A DNA stretch of 64,000 nt from Ascoidea asiatica JCM 7603 (lineage: Eukaryota; Fungi; Ascomycota): NCBI GenBank assembly GCA_001600695.1, contig BCKQ01000008.1, forward strand, positions 62,001-126,000, in the 5' to 3' direction. The translations under genes and the position numbers were made by a program. The notes below the pieces were generated by a model, which was given only the letters and a program-made list of their open reading frames with translations, was not told where the DNA came from and searched no databases. This document shows positions 1 to 11,366 of this stretch, piece after piece. Every line of letters starts with the position of its first letter. Position 1 is the stretch's first letter.

Positions 1-556
1 TTTTTTACCATATCAACACAGATTTACTGATTGAATATGATCCAAATTTTTCGATTTATTTGAAATCAGCAAGTTTCAAAAAAAAATTAAAGTATTTTAT
101 TTAAATATATCTTTTTCAGTAAGTTTTAATGAACAACAAACTTCAATTGCTTAATTCCACAACATAACTACATTGTTGTTTTCATAATATTTGATCTATA
201 TTGTGACTTCGTAAACATTATCAGTACAAATCACTTCTTATTGCTTCAATGATATTACATGGAATTATCAAGGTGATTCTTATTAGTTCTATCATATTTT
301 TGACATATATTGTTTTCTAAAACATATTTTTAATCCATGTTCGCTATTGTCAATTTGTTATTGAATGAATATTAAAGAAAGGAAAACGCTTATAAGATAT
401 TTATTTAAAGATATATAAACTATTCAATATCCCATTGAGGACAGAAGAATGGCTCTGAAGATTCAAAAAAGATAAATTTCAAGAAGGAAGAATAAGAAGA
501 AATGGAGACAGAAAGTAAATATAACAGCAAACTGCAAGTCGGAAATAGCTTCAGGC

Positions 557-1117
557 CTAATTAGACTTTTTAATATTGACAGGATAACAAGAGTTGTCAA
601 CTTTGGAATCACAAACAAAATAATTAGACTTGCTGAAATTTTTCATATCTTGTTTTTTAGAATGACCTTTGGAGTCAGCAAAATAGTTTTTGCAAGCATA
701 ATATGTTTCCCTGTTACCATTTTTGCATAAGTAATTTTCAGTATCAAAGGTATATTTAGCATCCGGGTTGGATTTATCTAATTTCAATGAATGGCTTCCA
801 TCATCATTACCAAAATTGACATTTAAAGTTTTTCCTTTGTTTTTGGAATCATTTGGAGTTGCAGTTAACTTGCAGTCAGTTGGATTATAAGTTAAGGTTT
901 TCTTATCATTGTGAGAGTTTCCAAGGTAGAAGTAATAATCCCCATTGTCATCTTCCTTGATGTTAAGACCATAATTGTTGACTTGTTTGTAATTAGGAGC
1001 ATAAGCAGTTAAAGAACAATCGTAGTTAGATTTACGTTGGGAATTTGGACCACCAGGAACAGCAGCAGAAAAAGCAGTAGTAGCAGCGGCTAAGATGGCT
1101 AAAAGTTGAAGTTGCAT
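557..1117 (-). CDS. Secreted Rhd3/Pga29-like cell-wall-family protein, copy A1 (no GPI tail)
   Basis: 186 aa; signal peptide MQLQLLAILAAATTAFS-AAVP; shares GLNIKE..G.YYFY.G, YACKN and C.P.NIK motifs with three paralogs in the window; motifs resemble Candida Rhd3/Pga29-Pga31 as recalled. Confidence 0.85.
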   Translation of the reverse strand: MQLQLLAILAAATTAFSAAVPGGPNSQRKSNYDCSLTAYAPNYKQVNNYGLNIKEDDNGDYYFYLGNSHNDKKTLTYNPTDCKLTATPNDSKNKGKTLNVNFGNDDGSHSLKLDKSNPDAKYTFDTENYLCKNGNRETYYACKNYFADSKGHSKKQDMKNFSKSNYFVCDSKVDNSCYPVNIKKSN

Positions 1118-2587
1118 TTTTTAGATTGGAAGTTAGACTGGAGAGACAATTTTCAATGAGATGAGGAAATTAGTAGAGGTTACTAGATATTATTGTTTGA
1201 TGGTAAAGAAAGAAGACAGAAGAAAGAGAAAGAAAGGAAAAATAACTTTGAAATAAAAACTTGGAAATTCTGTAAGTATTTATAGTAAAAAACACTGATA
1301 TTTGAAACTGAAAAATTTGTGGCTTTGAAAATAGTTTTTCGAAGTAAAAGTAATTCCATTTGGTGAAGATTTCCTTTGACTTGGGACTTTTGAAAAACTC
1401 ATAAGTAAGCACAAACAGCAATTTGGTGAACTTCATTTTATATTTTGGGAAAACCAAAATCCAAAAAGAGCTGAAGCCTTTGGTTGGGTATATATTATTG
1501 GTTTTACAGAAATAGCAGGAATATGGTGAATTGGGAATTAAGGATTTCCTCCAGCAAAATATTTTAACTCAGACTCCAGATATTACTCACTGTAGGTATG
1601 TTTGGATATTAATTCACAACAATACTGGTATCCAGGGTATATTTTAAGAATTGCGAGAAAGAATATGGTAATATAATAAATGAAAATAATTGAGATTGTT
1701 TGAAGATGAATGGGGTTTGTTGGTCGGGAAGCCAGATATGAATTTGAATAGTGCAAGGGTACTGAGGTTACCGGTATGAAAGGTGAAATAAACAGAATAC
1801 GAGAAAAGCCGACTTTAGAAGGAGTGAATTCATTAGGGAATTGGTATAATATGGAAAGACGAGAAACTGCAGGAATCGCTGAAAGTGTTTGGGTTTGCTA
1901 TTGTATAAATCAATTCCATTTATATTTCAGAGGCCTGTATAGTTTTGTGATTTTCGGTGTACCAAACTAAAGTTTTATTATTTTCGTCAGTATATTGGTA
2001 GGTTTTAACGTTTAGCAGTCGCTGAAGGCTGAAAGAGTGACAATTACGGCAATGGTATGGGATATGGTAATGGAAAGGTTTTTACGGTAACTTCCGGCAT
2101 TCGGTGCTTTAATTAAAGAAAACTAGCATGGATGTAGTTTGATGTGTGACCAGATGTGCACATACATATCTCAAATAAATGAAAAAACCTTGGTTATCCG
2201 GATTATTCAAATTGTGTCCATATATCGGGTTTTGGTTTCTGCAGGTTCTGCATGGAACATCACCATTTTGTATTTCTTCTTCTGGGAAAGTGTACCCGGT
2301 ATTCTGTTTCTGTTTAAAAGTCGTTGAATATCCTATACGTATTTTATGTAACTGCTTTATCGTTCAGCTTCTCTGTGGAAGTCTAAAAAAATTATTTACA
2401 CATTTAAATTGCAATAAGAAGAAAGAAGTAGGTAATAAAGTGGATATTTATTTAATTGGGATATATATTTTATATATACAACATAAATATTTAATAATCA
2501 GAAATAAAGAAATAAGCTCTGATTATAATAGAAATAGAATTTTTGATAAGAAGAAGAATGACAAGTTGCCTTGATTTAAGATTAAGC

Positions 2588-3196
2588 TTAACATTTCTTG
2601 ATGTTGATAGGAAAACAGGAATCATGAACTTTTGAAGCAACAATGAAGTAATTGGATTTGGTAAATGACTTAAAACCACCTTTCTTTTGAGGACCTCTTG
2701 AGTTTTTGAAGCAATCTTTACAAGCCCAGTATGTTTCCTTATTACCATTTTTTAATAAACAATTATCATTACCAAAAGTATACTTGGAGTCAGAACCTGA
2801 TTTATCTAATTTTAATGAACGAGGACCACCATCATTTCCAAAATTGACATTCAAAGTTTTGCCTTTGTTTTTGGAGTCATTAGGTCTTGCAGTCAATTTA
2901 CAATCAGTAGGATCATAATTTAATGTTTTTCTATCATTATAAGAATTTCCTGCATAAAAATAGTAATCTCCATTATCATCTTCTTTGATATTAAGACCTA
3001 AATTGTTAATTTGTCCATAACCAGGAGCATCAATAGCTAAAGAAACGTCAAAATTAGATTGCTTAGATTGTCCATTGTTACCACCATTATTATTCCCATT
3101 GTGACCTCCTTGTTGATTATCACGTTGAGCATCAGGAACTGCTGCAGCTAAAACAGCGGAAATGGTTGCTAAAATAGTTAAAATTTGGATTTGCAT
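2588..3196 (-). CDS. Secreted Rhd3/Pga29-like protein, copy A2
   Basis: 202 aa; signal peptide, short Gly/Asn insert, then the same domain as A1 (LGLNIKEDDNGDYYFY, DCKLTA.PNDSKNKGKTLNVNFG, WACK, CFPINIK). Confidence 0.85.
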   Translation of the reverse strand: MQIQILTILATISAVLAAAVPDAQRDNQQGGHNGNNNGGNNGQSKQSNFDVSLAIDAPGYGQINNLGLNIKEDDNGDYYFYAGNSYNDRKTLNYDPTDCKLTARPNDSKNKGKTLNVNFGNDGGPRSLKLDKSGSDSKYTFGNDNCLLKNGNKETYWACKDCFKNSRGPQKKGGFKSFTKSNYFIVASKVHDSCFPINIKKC

Positions 3197-5230
3197 TTCG
3201 ATGAAAGAATTGAGGTAAATTGATTAAGTAAAATTAATAAATTTAATAGAGGCAGCTGAGAGAAAATAATTTCAATAGAATGATATTTTTAATGAAAAAT
3301 AATAAATTGGTGCTATTTTTTGAAAGAACAGTAATAATATATAAACTAGTGATGAAGAATTAATTATAATCAACTATTCCTAAAATTGAAGAATCCACGA
3401 GGTATTTATATCAATTGATTTAATTTAATTTTCTGATAATATTTTTGCTTTACAAACTTCTTTACAAAAGAATCTGAAATAAAGCTACATCAGTAAAAAG
3501 TTAATCCAAAAACAGTAAAGAAATTTCGTTTCCAGTTAAAAACATAAAAAAAACATAGCATAAAAAAGTTGGGAGTCTAAAAATTGCCTCCATGGATACC
3601 ATAGGAGAAACTAATACCACTACTAGTTACCATTAATGAAAAAATATTTAGATATTACTTCTTTTGATCGCAAAGCTGATTATATTTACAAACGGGGGCT
3701 TAAATTATAGGTTTTCGAGAAATAGCTTTGCAGAATAGATATTATTCTTTCATTAGAGAACCTATCATGAATATGTATTTAATTGCAGGTTTATTCTTTT
3801 CACGTAAACTTTTTACTAAGCCCAGACCCTTCTTAAAAAAAGCAAATAAAAAGTCCTTTGAATTTTATAATACACAAATGGTTAACGCTATTTGGTATTG
3901 AAGTTAAATTAGTTTCGCTAAATATTTTGAAAAATTAACTTGGAATCCCTCTGATTTCCTTTTAGAGCATTATTTATTGATGAATAAAGTAAAAACATTT
4001 GTGTGCCCACAAGATATGTGATCCTAAATTATTTATCCAAAACATGCATGAGGAAAATAGATTCATTGGTTACTGAACTTACGGGTTTTGAATACATATG
4101 AAATAATGAACAATTTCAATGGGTTTACCAAACTTCAGTCAGTTTCAATAAAAAATAATGATTATAAATAATAATTTCCATAGTAACCTTTGAAAAAGAA
4201 AAACAATCCAATTTCACAAAGATCAAAGAATTTGAAAATTATTGCTCGCTTCTAAATTTGTTTATTCGCATGTTCGTTAATTCTTTTCTTTTATCCATGT
4301 TTATTCTAGGTGAAATCATTGATCTTAACTTCATATGCCGAAAATCAGGTAAATAAAAACATTTGCATGCATGTACAGTTGGCAAGAAACTTCAGTGCAT
4401 GAACCTGAATTCAACGAGTCGAGTTGCAGATTTACGTTCAAGCCTTGTTGAAATATAAAAAGTTACTACTATTGCTATTACTACTGTAGTTTTAATAGCA
4501 GGTAGCTGGGAAAAGATGAAATTCTAGATTGAATTCCAACAAAATTCAGATTTAAAAGAGTGACTAATGCTAGAAAATATTCCCCACTCGAAATAATGAT
4601 GTTCAAATAGAATACTTTACTTACAGAAAAAGTAATAATGCCATTCAGAGATAGATAAATAAAATTAATCCAACAATAAATCAGATTAAATTGCTTTTTC
4701 TTTATACCATAATAAATTTATTCAAGGAAAGTCAGTAATTGTCAAATACTCTAAAAGAACTGCTTAATTTGAATCTTTCTAATTTTTTTTTTTTTAATTA
4801 TTCACAATCTGAACTTTAATGTTGAAAAATAGTACTTGTTTGTTGAAATATTACACATTCACAAATCTTGTTGAGCCAAAGAAATCTAGACCAGATTTTC
4901 AAATTCGGCTTTTTAAAAAAATACCTGTCTTCTGGGGTAAACTAACTCTTTTTCTGAGCGATTATTCTTATTGGGATTTGAGCTAAGAGAAGAAGCAAAA
5001 GTAAAATAAAAACAGTATACCCTGGTTTACCGAGTGAAGTATCATAATTCTTTCTTCACAAACATATAAAATAGCCTCCAATTAGAAGTTTTCCCACTCT
5101 CTGGTATTTTTCTGTTGGTTAAATAAATAGCTTCGACTACGTTTAAGTGATCCAGATCTTAATCGACGCCAATGGCAAAATCATTGCCACATACTATTTT
5201 CTGAAGAGCGGCTAACAACAACACTAGACA

Positions 5231-5303
5231 GGGCGTGTGGCGTAGTTGGTAGCGCGTCTGCTTAGCGTGCAGAAGGTCTCCGGTTCGACTCCGGACTCGT
5301 CCA
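5231..5303 (+). tRNA. tRNA-Ala(AGC), intronless
   Basis: 73-nt cloverleaf with G3:U70 alanine identity pair; anticodon stem TCTGC/GCAGA with loop TTAGCGT (AGC at 5264-5266); GGTTCGACTCC B box; T-run downstream. Confidence 0.97.
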
Positions 5304-5409
5304 TTGTCTCTATACTTTTTGTATATCTGTTTTATTATTTATTCATAATTGGAAGGAAGCTATTTTGTAATTCATTGTCACCGATGAACGTTATATCTTG
5401 ACTAGTTTG

Positions 5410-5466
5410 GCTGATTTAGCTCAGCTGAAGATCTGAAGGTCCTGTGTTCGATACACAGAATTAGCA
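5410..5466 (+). pseudogene. tRNA-Phe(GAA)-derived relic with 16-nt internal deletion
   Basis: GCTGATTTAGCTCAG joined directly to CTGAAGATCTGAAGGTCCTGTGTTCGATACACAGAATTAGCA; acceptor stem and T arm intact; D-loop, 3' D-stem and 5' anticodon stem missing; followed by an oligo-T terminator. Confidence 0.85.
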
Positions 5467-6300
5467 ATTTTTTTTTAAATGTTTTCCGGTACTTTTTTGT
5501 AGTTTTTTAGATTGGTTCAAACTCTCGATTTGCATTATGGGTAAATTGATCAAAAATATACAATAAATTCATATCAAATTAAATCAAATCAAATAGAAAT
5601 GCAAAATAGTTGACAAAACTTAATTACTCAATTAACTATATGAATTAACACACACTCAGTTGAAATTCTTTATCTTTCTTTCAATTACTACTTTTCTGTT
5701 TCTATTATTATTATTTGATACTTTTGTCCTTTTCTATGAAAATTGAAAATAAATGAGATATAAATATATTTATTATCATATAATAAATTAAGTGTCAAAG
5801 TAATTGAAACCATTAAACTAAAATGTTACTCAACTTACTGTAAATTTAAATGTAAATTCAGATATTCTTATTATAACTCAACCAATTGAAGAAGAAAAAA
5901 AAAAATAGAGAAAAAAAAAGGAGGAAAAAAATAATAATATTGCAACACAAGGTAGACAAAAAAAAATAGATAGATTTTATAATTAAGTGAGGAATGTAAA
6001 AATGAATTTAAATTCTTGATGAAGGAAAAACATGAAAAAAGTTTTAGGTATTAAAAAGATATATGAAAGCTCTTAGACAAAAAATGTAATAATAGTCAGT
6101 ATTGAAATCAAAATTATTAAAAAAGAAAGATACAATTACAAGAAAGTCAATAAATTAAAAAATGAAATTGAATTGCCCAATAAGAGAAATTAAGAAAAAA
6201 AAGATTATTTAAAGTTGAGATTAAGATAAAAATGATGCAATTTTAAAAGAATAATAATAAAAATTAAACAAAAAAAAAAGGTAAAAAAAAATTCTAAAAT

Positions 6301-9300
6301 TTAATCTACCTCTGTAACAAAAAGTTTATAAATGAAATCATTAATTATGGATATTTTTAATGAATAATGAATTATTATACATAAAATTAAAATATAGCCA
6401 CTTATTGTGAATATATTCCTAGAATTTATTTTACTTTCCATATTACTCTTATGTTCAATTTTCATATTCATGATTTGATTTTTAATCATTATTTCTGAAT
6501 TAATGCTATTTTCTCCAATATTGGTTATAGAGTATGTTATACTACTGTTATTATTATTAGTTGGAATAGAGCTATAATCACTAATTCTTTCAATAGTTTC
6601 TTCACTAGTGGTTACTTTCAATATTATATTATTATTGGTAATATCTTCTGTTATTTCTTCAACTTCATCTATAGGTATAAAATCTTCATAATCTTCACTA
6701 TCACTACCATTTGAAATTTCATTTGAAAATTTCAATTTAGCTTCTTCTATATTTTCATTTTTTTCACATAAAAATGAATTACTTGATTTATCATAATTTT
6801 GATAATCTTTATTTTTGGAAATTCTACTGAATTTTAATGATTTTTCATTAGATAAAATTGATGGTAATTCAATTTCTTCAAGTTCTTCCTCTAATTCACT
6901 ATAGCTCTCATCATATTCCAGAATATTCTCTTCGTTTACATTTGAATCCACTAAATTATTTTCATTTTCATTTAAAAAACTTTCGTCCAAAAAACTGTCA
7001 TCATTGTTTGATAAAATATTACCAACTGATAGATTTCTATCTAGTAAATTTTCAAATCCTTCAAGAATATTTATATTAACATTATCTTCACAACCATTAT
7101 CATTTACATCATTCTCCAATTCATCAGGATCAAAATCACTTTCATCTTGATTATTATTATAACTTTCATTTTCATTATCATTATCATTATTATTATCATT
7201 TTCACTATCGGCAAATTCGTCATCAATATCATGAATTACCGAGAGTTCATTATTTACTTCATTTTCCATATCTAAATTATTTTTATCATTGAAATCTTTA
7301 TTAATATCATTTAATTCTAATATTAACTTTTTGGAACTATTGGATTTTGGAATGGTTGTAGAATTAGGTGGTGTAGGTAATAAATCTAAATTATTTATTT
7401 TACTATTACTTCTACTCTTACTATTGCAAAAATAAGATGATAATTCATCTTGTAATGAAATTTTTTTTTTTATAGTTTTTCTATTTGATGAAACTAAACT
7501 TTTCCTTCTATTCTTATCTTTAAATTGACTTTTTCTAGTTTTTAAAGGAGAAGAAAGATTTGAATTTGGGTAATTATTATAATCAAAAGAATTTTCATTA
7601 GGTGAACTTTCATTAGGTGAGTTTTCAGCTGAAGAAAAATAATTTGATGAAAAATTTGATGAAAAATTTGGATTTGGCTTTGGAAATGATAATTGTGGTG
7701 TACTGACTATTCTACTATTCTTATTTTTATTATTTTTTATACTATTATTATTATCATTATTAATAATATTTTCATCATTATAAATATCGCTTAAACTTGG
7801 TTTATTCATATCAATTATATTTTCAATTTTTAAATTTGAATTTGAAAAAATATTTTGATTCGAAAATGGAGATAATGCAGAAGGTGATCTAAATTTATTT
7901 GATTTAAAAGAAGGAGATCTAGAACTGGAATGAAAAGCAGGTAATGAACGTTTGGGTGATAAATTTAATGATTCTTTTCTTTTAGAAGTTTTTGAATTAA
8001 ATATACTTTCATTATTAAAACTGTTTTCAAAATCATCATTACTATTATTATAACTACTGTTATAACTATTATTAAAGCTATTTGTAAAACTATTATTTAA
8101 ACTATTGTTACTACTATTATCATTTTCATTATAATCAAATATTAAAGATTTATCTTTTTTAGTGAAATGAAAATCAACTTTTAATTTTGGTAAAGATAAA
8201 TTAATATCCTTACTTGAAGAAGAATTAGATAATAATGATAAAGTTGAATTCAGTCTTTTATCATTTGGTGAAAATTCTAAAGTTGTATTAGTATTTGAAT
8301 TATTATGATGAATATTCAATGAATCTTTTGAAATTTGAGATTTTAAAATTTGAGATTTTGGATGACGTAAAATAGGTGTTGAATTAAAATTAGAATTTAA
8401 AGTGAGATTTAAATTTAGGCTTGAAGAAGTTTTATTTAAAGATTGATTATTATTAATATAAGGATATTTTATCGGAGAAATCTTTAAGGAAGAAGAAATT
8501 GTGGGAGTTAAAATATGATCTAAGAACTTTTCATTATTTCTTAATTTTCGTGGTCTTTTTTTCCCCTGTTTTTCATTAGATTTCTGTAATTTATTTGATT
8601 TATGAGACTTATGTGATTTATTTGATTTATTTGATTTATTTGATTTATTTGATTTATGTGATTTATGTGATTTCTGAGATTTAGAAAACTTATTATAATT
8701 ATATAATTTATTAGAATTAATAAAATTTGGAGAGATTTCAGATTTTGTTGATTTTAAAGATTTATTTGAATTATCAGAAATATTGAATAAAAGATTTGGA
8801 GTAGAGCTAAAATGAGATAAATTTGAGTTATTCAAATAATGTATAGAATATTGAGATCTTTTTGGAGGATAATAATAAGAAGGAGAAACTATTGAAGAAG
8901 ATGAAGATGAAGATGAAGATGATGATGATGAATAAGATGAAAAGGATCTGGAAGGAGATAAAGAAGATAAAGATATAGAAGAAGAAGAAGATAAAGGTAA
9001 TGAAGAAAATGAATGAGATCTAATTTTAGTTAAATTTGATTTTAAATTATTAAATTGATTAGTTAAATTATTTAATTGATTATTAAAATTATTAATTTGA
9101 TTTGAATACATTTCATTTTCTTTTTTTAAATTATCAATAATTATTAAATCATTATTTGAATCTCTTTTTAAATTATTAACATTTGAATTTAAATTTAAAT
9201 TTGATTCAATAAAATTTAAATGATTTAAATTTTTTGAATTTTCAAGATTTAAATTAATTAATTGATTATTTTTAATATTTAATTTATTAATTAATAAATT

Positions 9301-10254
9301 TTGTTCATTTTCTAAATTTAAAATTATTTCATCTCTATATTTTAATTCATTTTGAAAATTTTGAAAAATTATATCAAAATTTAAATTATTATTATTAGTA
9401 GTAGTAGTATTAGTGTTGGTATTATTATTATTATTAGTTGATAATGAAGAAGATGAAAGATTACTTGAAATATCACTATCAGAAGATATAGATAAAATAT
9501 TTTGATTCTTAATTTTATTTATATTATTAGCATTTATATCATTTATAACATTTTTATTTATGAGTAATTCATTTTGATTAATTATTATATTTGAATCATC
9601 ATAAGATATATTTATATTATTATTTATATTATTATTTACATTATTTATATCGGCGGTTAAATTATTTTTTATATCATTTTCTAAGTTAATTTCAGTATTA
9701 ATTTCTTTACTATTATTATCATCATTATTATTATTATCATTATTATGATAATTATTATTGTGATCTTTGATGGTATTTTTATTATTATTATTTTGATTTG
9801 ATAAAATATTATTTGATTGACAATTAATTAGATCATCAAATAAATTTAAGAAATCAAATTTATTTAAATAAATGATTTTATTATTATTAATATTATTATT
9901 ATTATTAATATTTAAGTTATCAAGATAAAGTTGAATTAAATCTCTTGAATTTTTATTTAATAAAGAATATTTATTTAATTTCATTGTTATTTCTAGTATA
10001 TCTATTAAATTTAATAATTCCTTGATTGAAATTTTACCTAAATTATTAAAATCAATTTTTGACCATGCTTGATCAATTATTGAAGTATCCAATTTTGAAT
10101 TTGATATGATTTTATTGTCATTTTTATAATTGTTATCATTGTTATCATTGTTATCATTATTCTCATTGAATTCATTTAGTTCATTATTGTTTAAATCATT
10201 ATTTGTAGGATCATTTGAAATTGTCGGAAGCAGAGATATTTCTATTTCAGTCAT
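6301..10254 (-). CDS. MPS2: Mps2-like nuclear-envelope/spindle pole body membrane protein with very long N/S-rich expansion
   Basis: 1317 aa; N-terminal IIDQAWSKID..GKISIKELLNLIDILE...FLNLFDDLIN resembles the Mps2 N-terminus; coiled coil near aa 295-410; single hydrophobic segment IFTISGYILILCIIIHYSL near the C-terminus. Confidence 0.55.
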   Translation of the reverse strand: MTEIEISLLPTISNDPTNNDLNNNELNEFNENNDNNDNNDNNYKNDNKIISNSKLDTSIIDQAWSKIDFNNLGKISIKELLNLIDILEITMKLNKYSLLNKNSRDLIQLYLDNLNINNNNNINNNKIIYLNKFDFLNLFDDLINCQSNNILSNQNNNNKNTIKDHNNNYHNNDNNNNDDNNSKEINTEINLENDIKNNLTADINNVNNNINNNINISYDDSNIIINQNELLINKNVINDINANNINKIKNQNILSISSDSDISSNLSSSSLSTNNNNNTNTNTTTTNNNNLNFDIIFQNFQNELKYRDEIILNLENEQNLLINKLNIKNNQLINLNLENSKNLNHLNFIESNLNLNSNVNNLKRDSNNDLIIIDNLKKENEMYSNQINNFNNQLNNLTNQFNNLKSNLTKIRSHSFSSLPLSSSSSISLSSLSPSRSFSSYSSSSSSSSSSSSSIVSPSYYYPPKRSQYSIHYLNNSNLSHFSSTPNLLFNISDNSNKSLKSTKSEISPNFINSNKLYNYNKFSKSQKSHKSHKSNKSNKSNKSNKSHKSHKSNKLQKSNEKQGKKRPRKLRNNEKFLDHILTPTISSSLKISPIKYPYINNNQSLNKTSSSLNLNLTLNSNFNSTPILRHPKSQILKSQISKDSLNIHHNNSNTNTTLEFSPNDKRLNSTLSLLSNSSSSKDINLSLPKLKVDFHFTKKDKSLIFDYNENDNSSNNSLNNSFTNSFNNSYNSSYNNSNDDFENSFNNESIFNSKTSKRKESLNLSPKRSLPAFHSSSRSPSFKSNKFRSPSALSPFSNQNIFSNSNLKIENIIDMNKPSLSDIYNDENIINNDNNNSIKNNKNKNSRIVSTPQLSFPKPNPNFSSNFSSNYFSSAENSPNESSPNENSFDYNNYPNSNLSSPLKTRKSQFKDKNRRKSLVSSNRKTIKKKISLQDELSSYFCNSKSRSNSKINNLDLLPTPPNSTTIPKSNSSKKLILELNDINKDFNDKNNLDMENEVNNELSVIHDIDDEFADSENDNNNDNDNENESYNNNQDESDFDPDELENDVNDNGCEDNVNINILEGFENLLDRNLSVGNILSNNDDSFLDESFLNENENNLVDSNVNEENILEYDESYSELEEELEEIELPSILSNEKSLKFSRISKNKDYQNYDKSSNSFLCEKNENIEEAKLKFSNEISNGSDSEDYEDFIPIDEVEEITEDITNNNIILKVTTSEETIERISDYSSIPTNNNNSSITYSITNIGENSINSEIMIKNQIMNMKIEHKSNMESKINSRNIFTISGYILILCIIIHYSLKISIINDFIYKLFVTEVD

Positions 10255-10967
10255 CTGTTAATTGAAATAGAAGATATAAAAAGAAAAAGAAAAAGAAAAA
10301 GAAAAAGATATTTGATATATGATAACTAATGATGGCTATTGTGATTGATTATTTGATTTATGATGATTTAATAAAATTGACAAGAATATTAATATAAAAG
10401 AAGTTGAGTAAAATAAAAAAAACAAACAATAACAATAATAAATAGCAGGTGAACCAGTTAGGGCCAAGTATAGATTTATGTGAAATAAAACTGAGACTAA
10501 AATAAAGGTGTGATTCAGAGTGACTGAGAATATTCAGTAAAGTTACTCAGCTCTTGACCTGATCTTCAGTACTGGAACTAGAACTTGGGCTAGAATCAGA
10601 ATCAGAATCAGAAGTAGAAGTAGAATTAGAATTAGAATTAGAATCAAAGGCAGCAGAGGCAGCAGAGGCAGCAGAAAGATCATCAGCAAGTGAAAGTGAA
10701 CAGGCAGCGCTACGAGCTCCACCACCACCACCACCACCAACACCACGCGCAGCAGTCGCAACAGTCGCAGTCGTAGCCGTTGCATTTGAATTTGCATTTG
10801 AATTTGCATTTGAATTTGCATTTGCATTTGCATTTGAATCTGAACGTTGCAAGTCAAAGAAACAAACGAGCACCGCGTGGAGCACAGCACTCCAGCGTCT
10901 CTGAATGTGATCCGCTGTGTGACCAATAACTTTAAATAATAGCCTCCGCGCACATGGACTCATAGAG

Positions 10968-11051
10968 GTCACATGCTTAGCTCCGTATTAATGGTCTCTA
11001 ACTAGTCACATGTAAGCACTGCCATTTATCTGGTCTTTTACTAGTCATGTG
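10968..11051. promoter_or_regulatory. Cluster of CDEI/Cbf1-type CACATG boxes in the divergent MPS2-like/RAP1 promoter
   Basis: GTCACATG at 10968 and 11005, GTCATGTG at 11044; degenerate direct repeat TGGTCTyTwACTAGTCA at 10992 and 11031; lies in a GC-rich island. Confidence 0.5.
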
Positions 11052-11366
11052 CCATTTGTTTACTTATTTGTTTATTGTTTATTGTTTGTCTGTTTATTTG
11101 TTTTTTTGTTTGTTGATTTTCGTGTTTGTTGAATTGCCGCTGGCTCTGGACTGGCCCACGGAGCTGTTCCCACGAAGCCCACAGAGCTTGAGTAAAGTGA
11201 CTGTAAACGGTAATCAGTGAATAATCCTCCTTTATTTAATGCAATCAATCCATTCAATAATATATTTATTACTCTTTTCTATCTTAAACTCCAACATCTG
11301 CCTTTTTTATCTCCATACCAACATAATTTAATAATCTCTTGAATATATTTCTTAAACTTTGCTACA

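Noticed and set aside
10543-10972. Two overlapping minus-strand ORFs (136 and 141 aa)
   Set aside because: Built from hexamer and trimer microsatellites within a GC-rich promoter island; no domain; codon usage unlike real genes.
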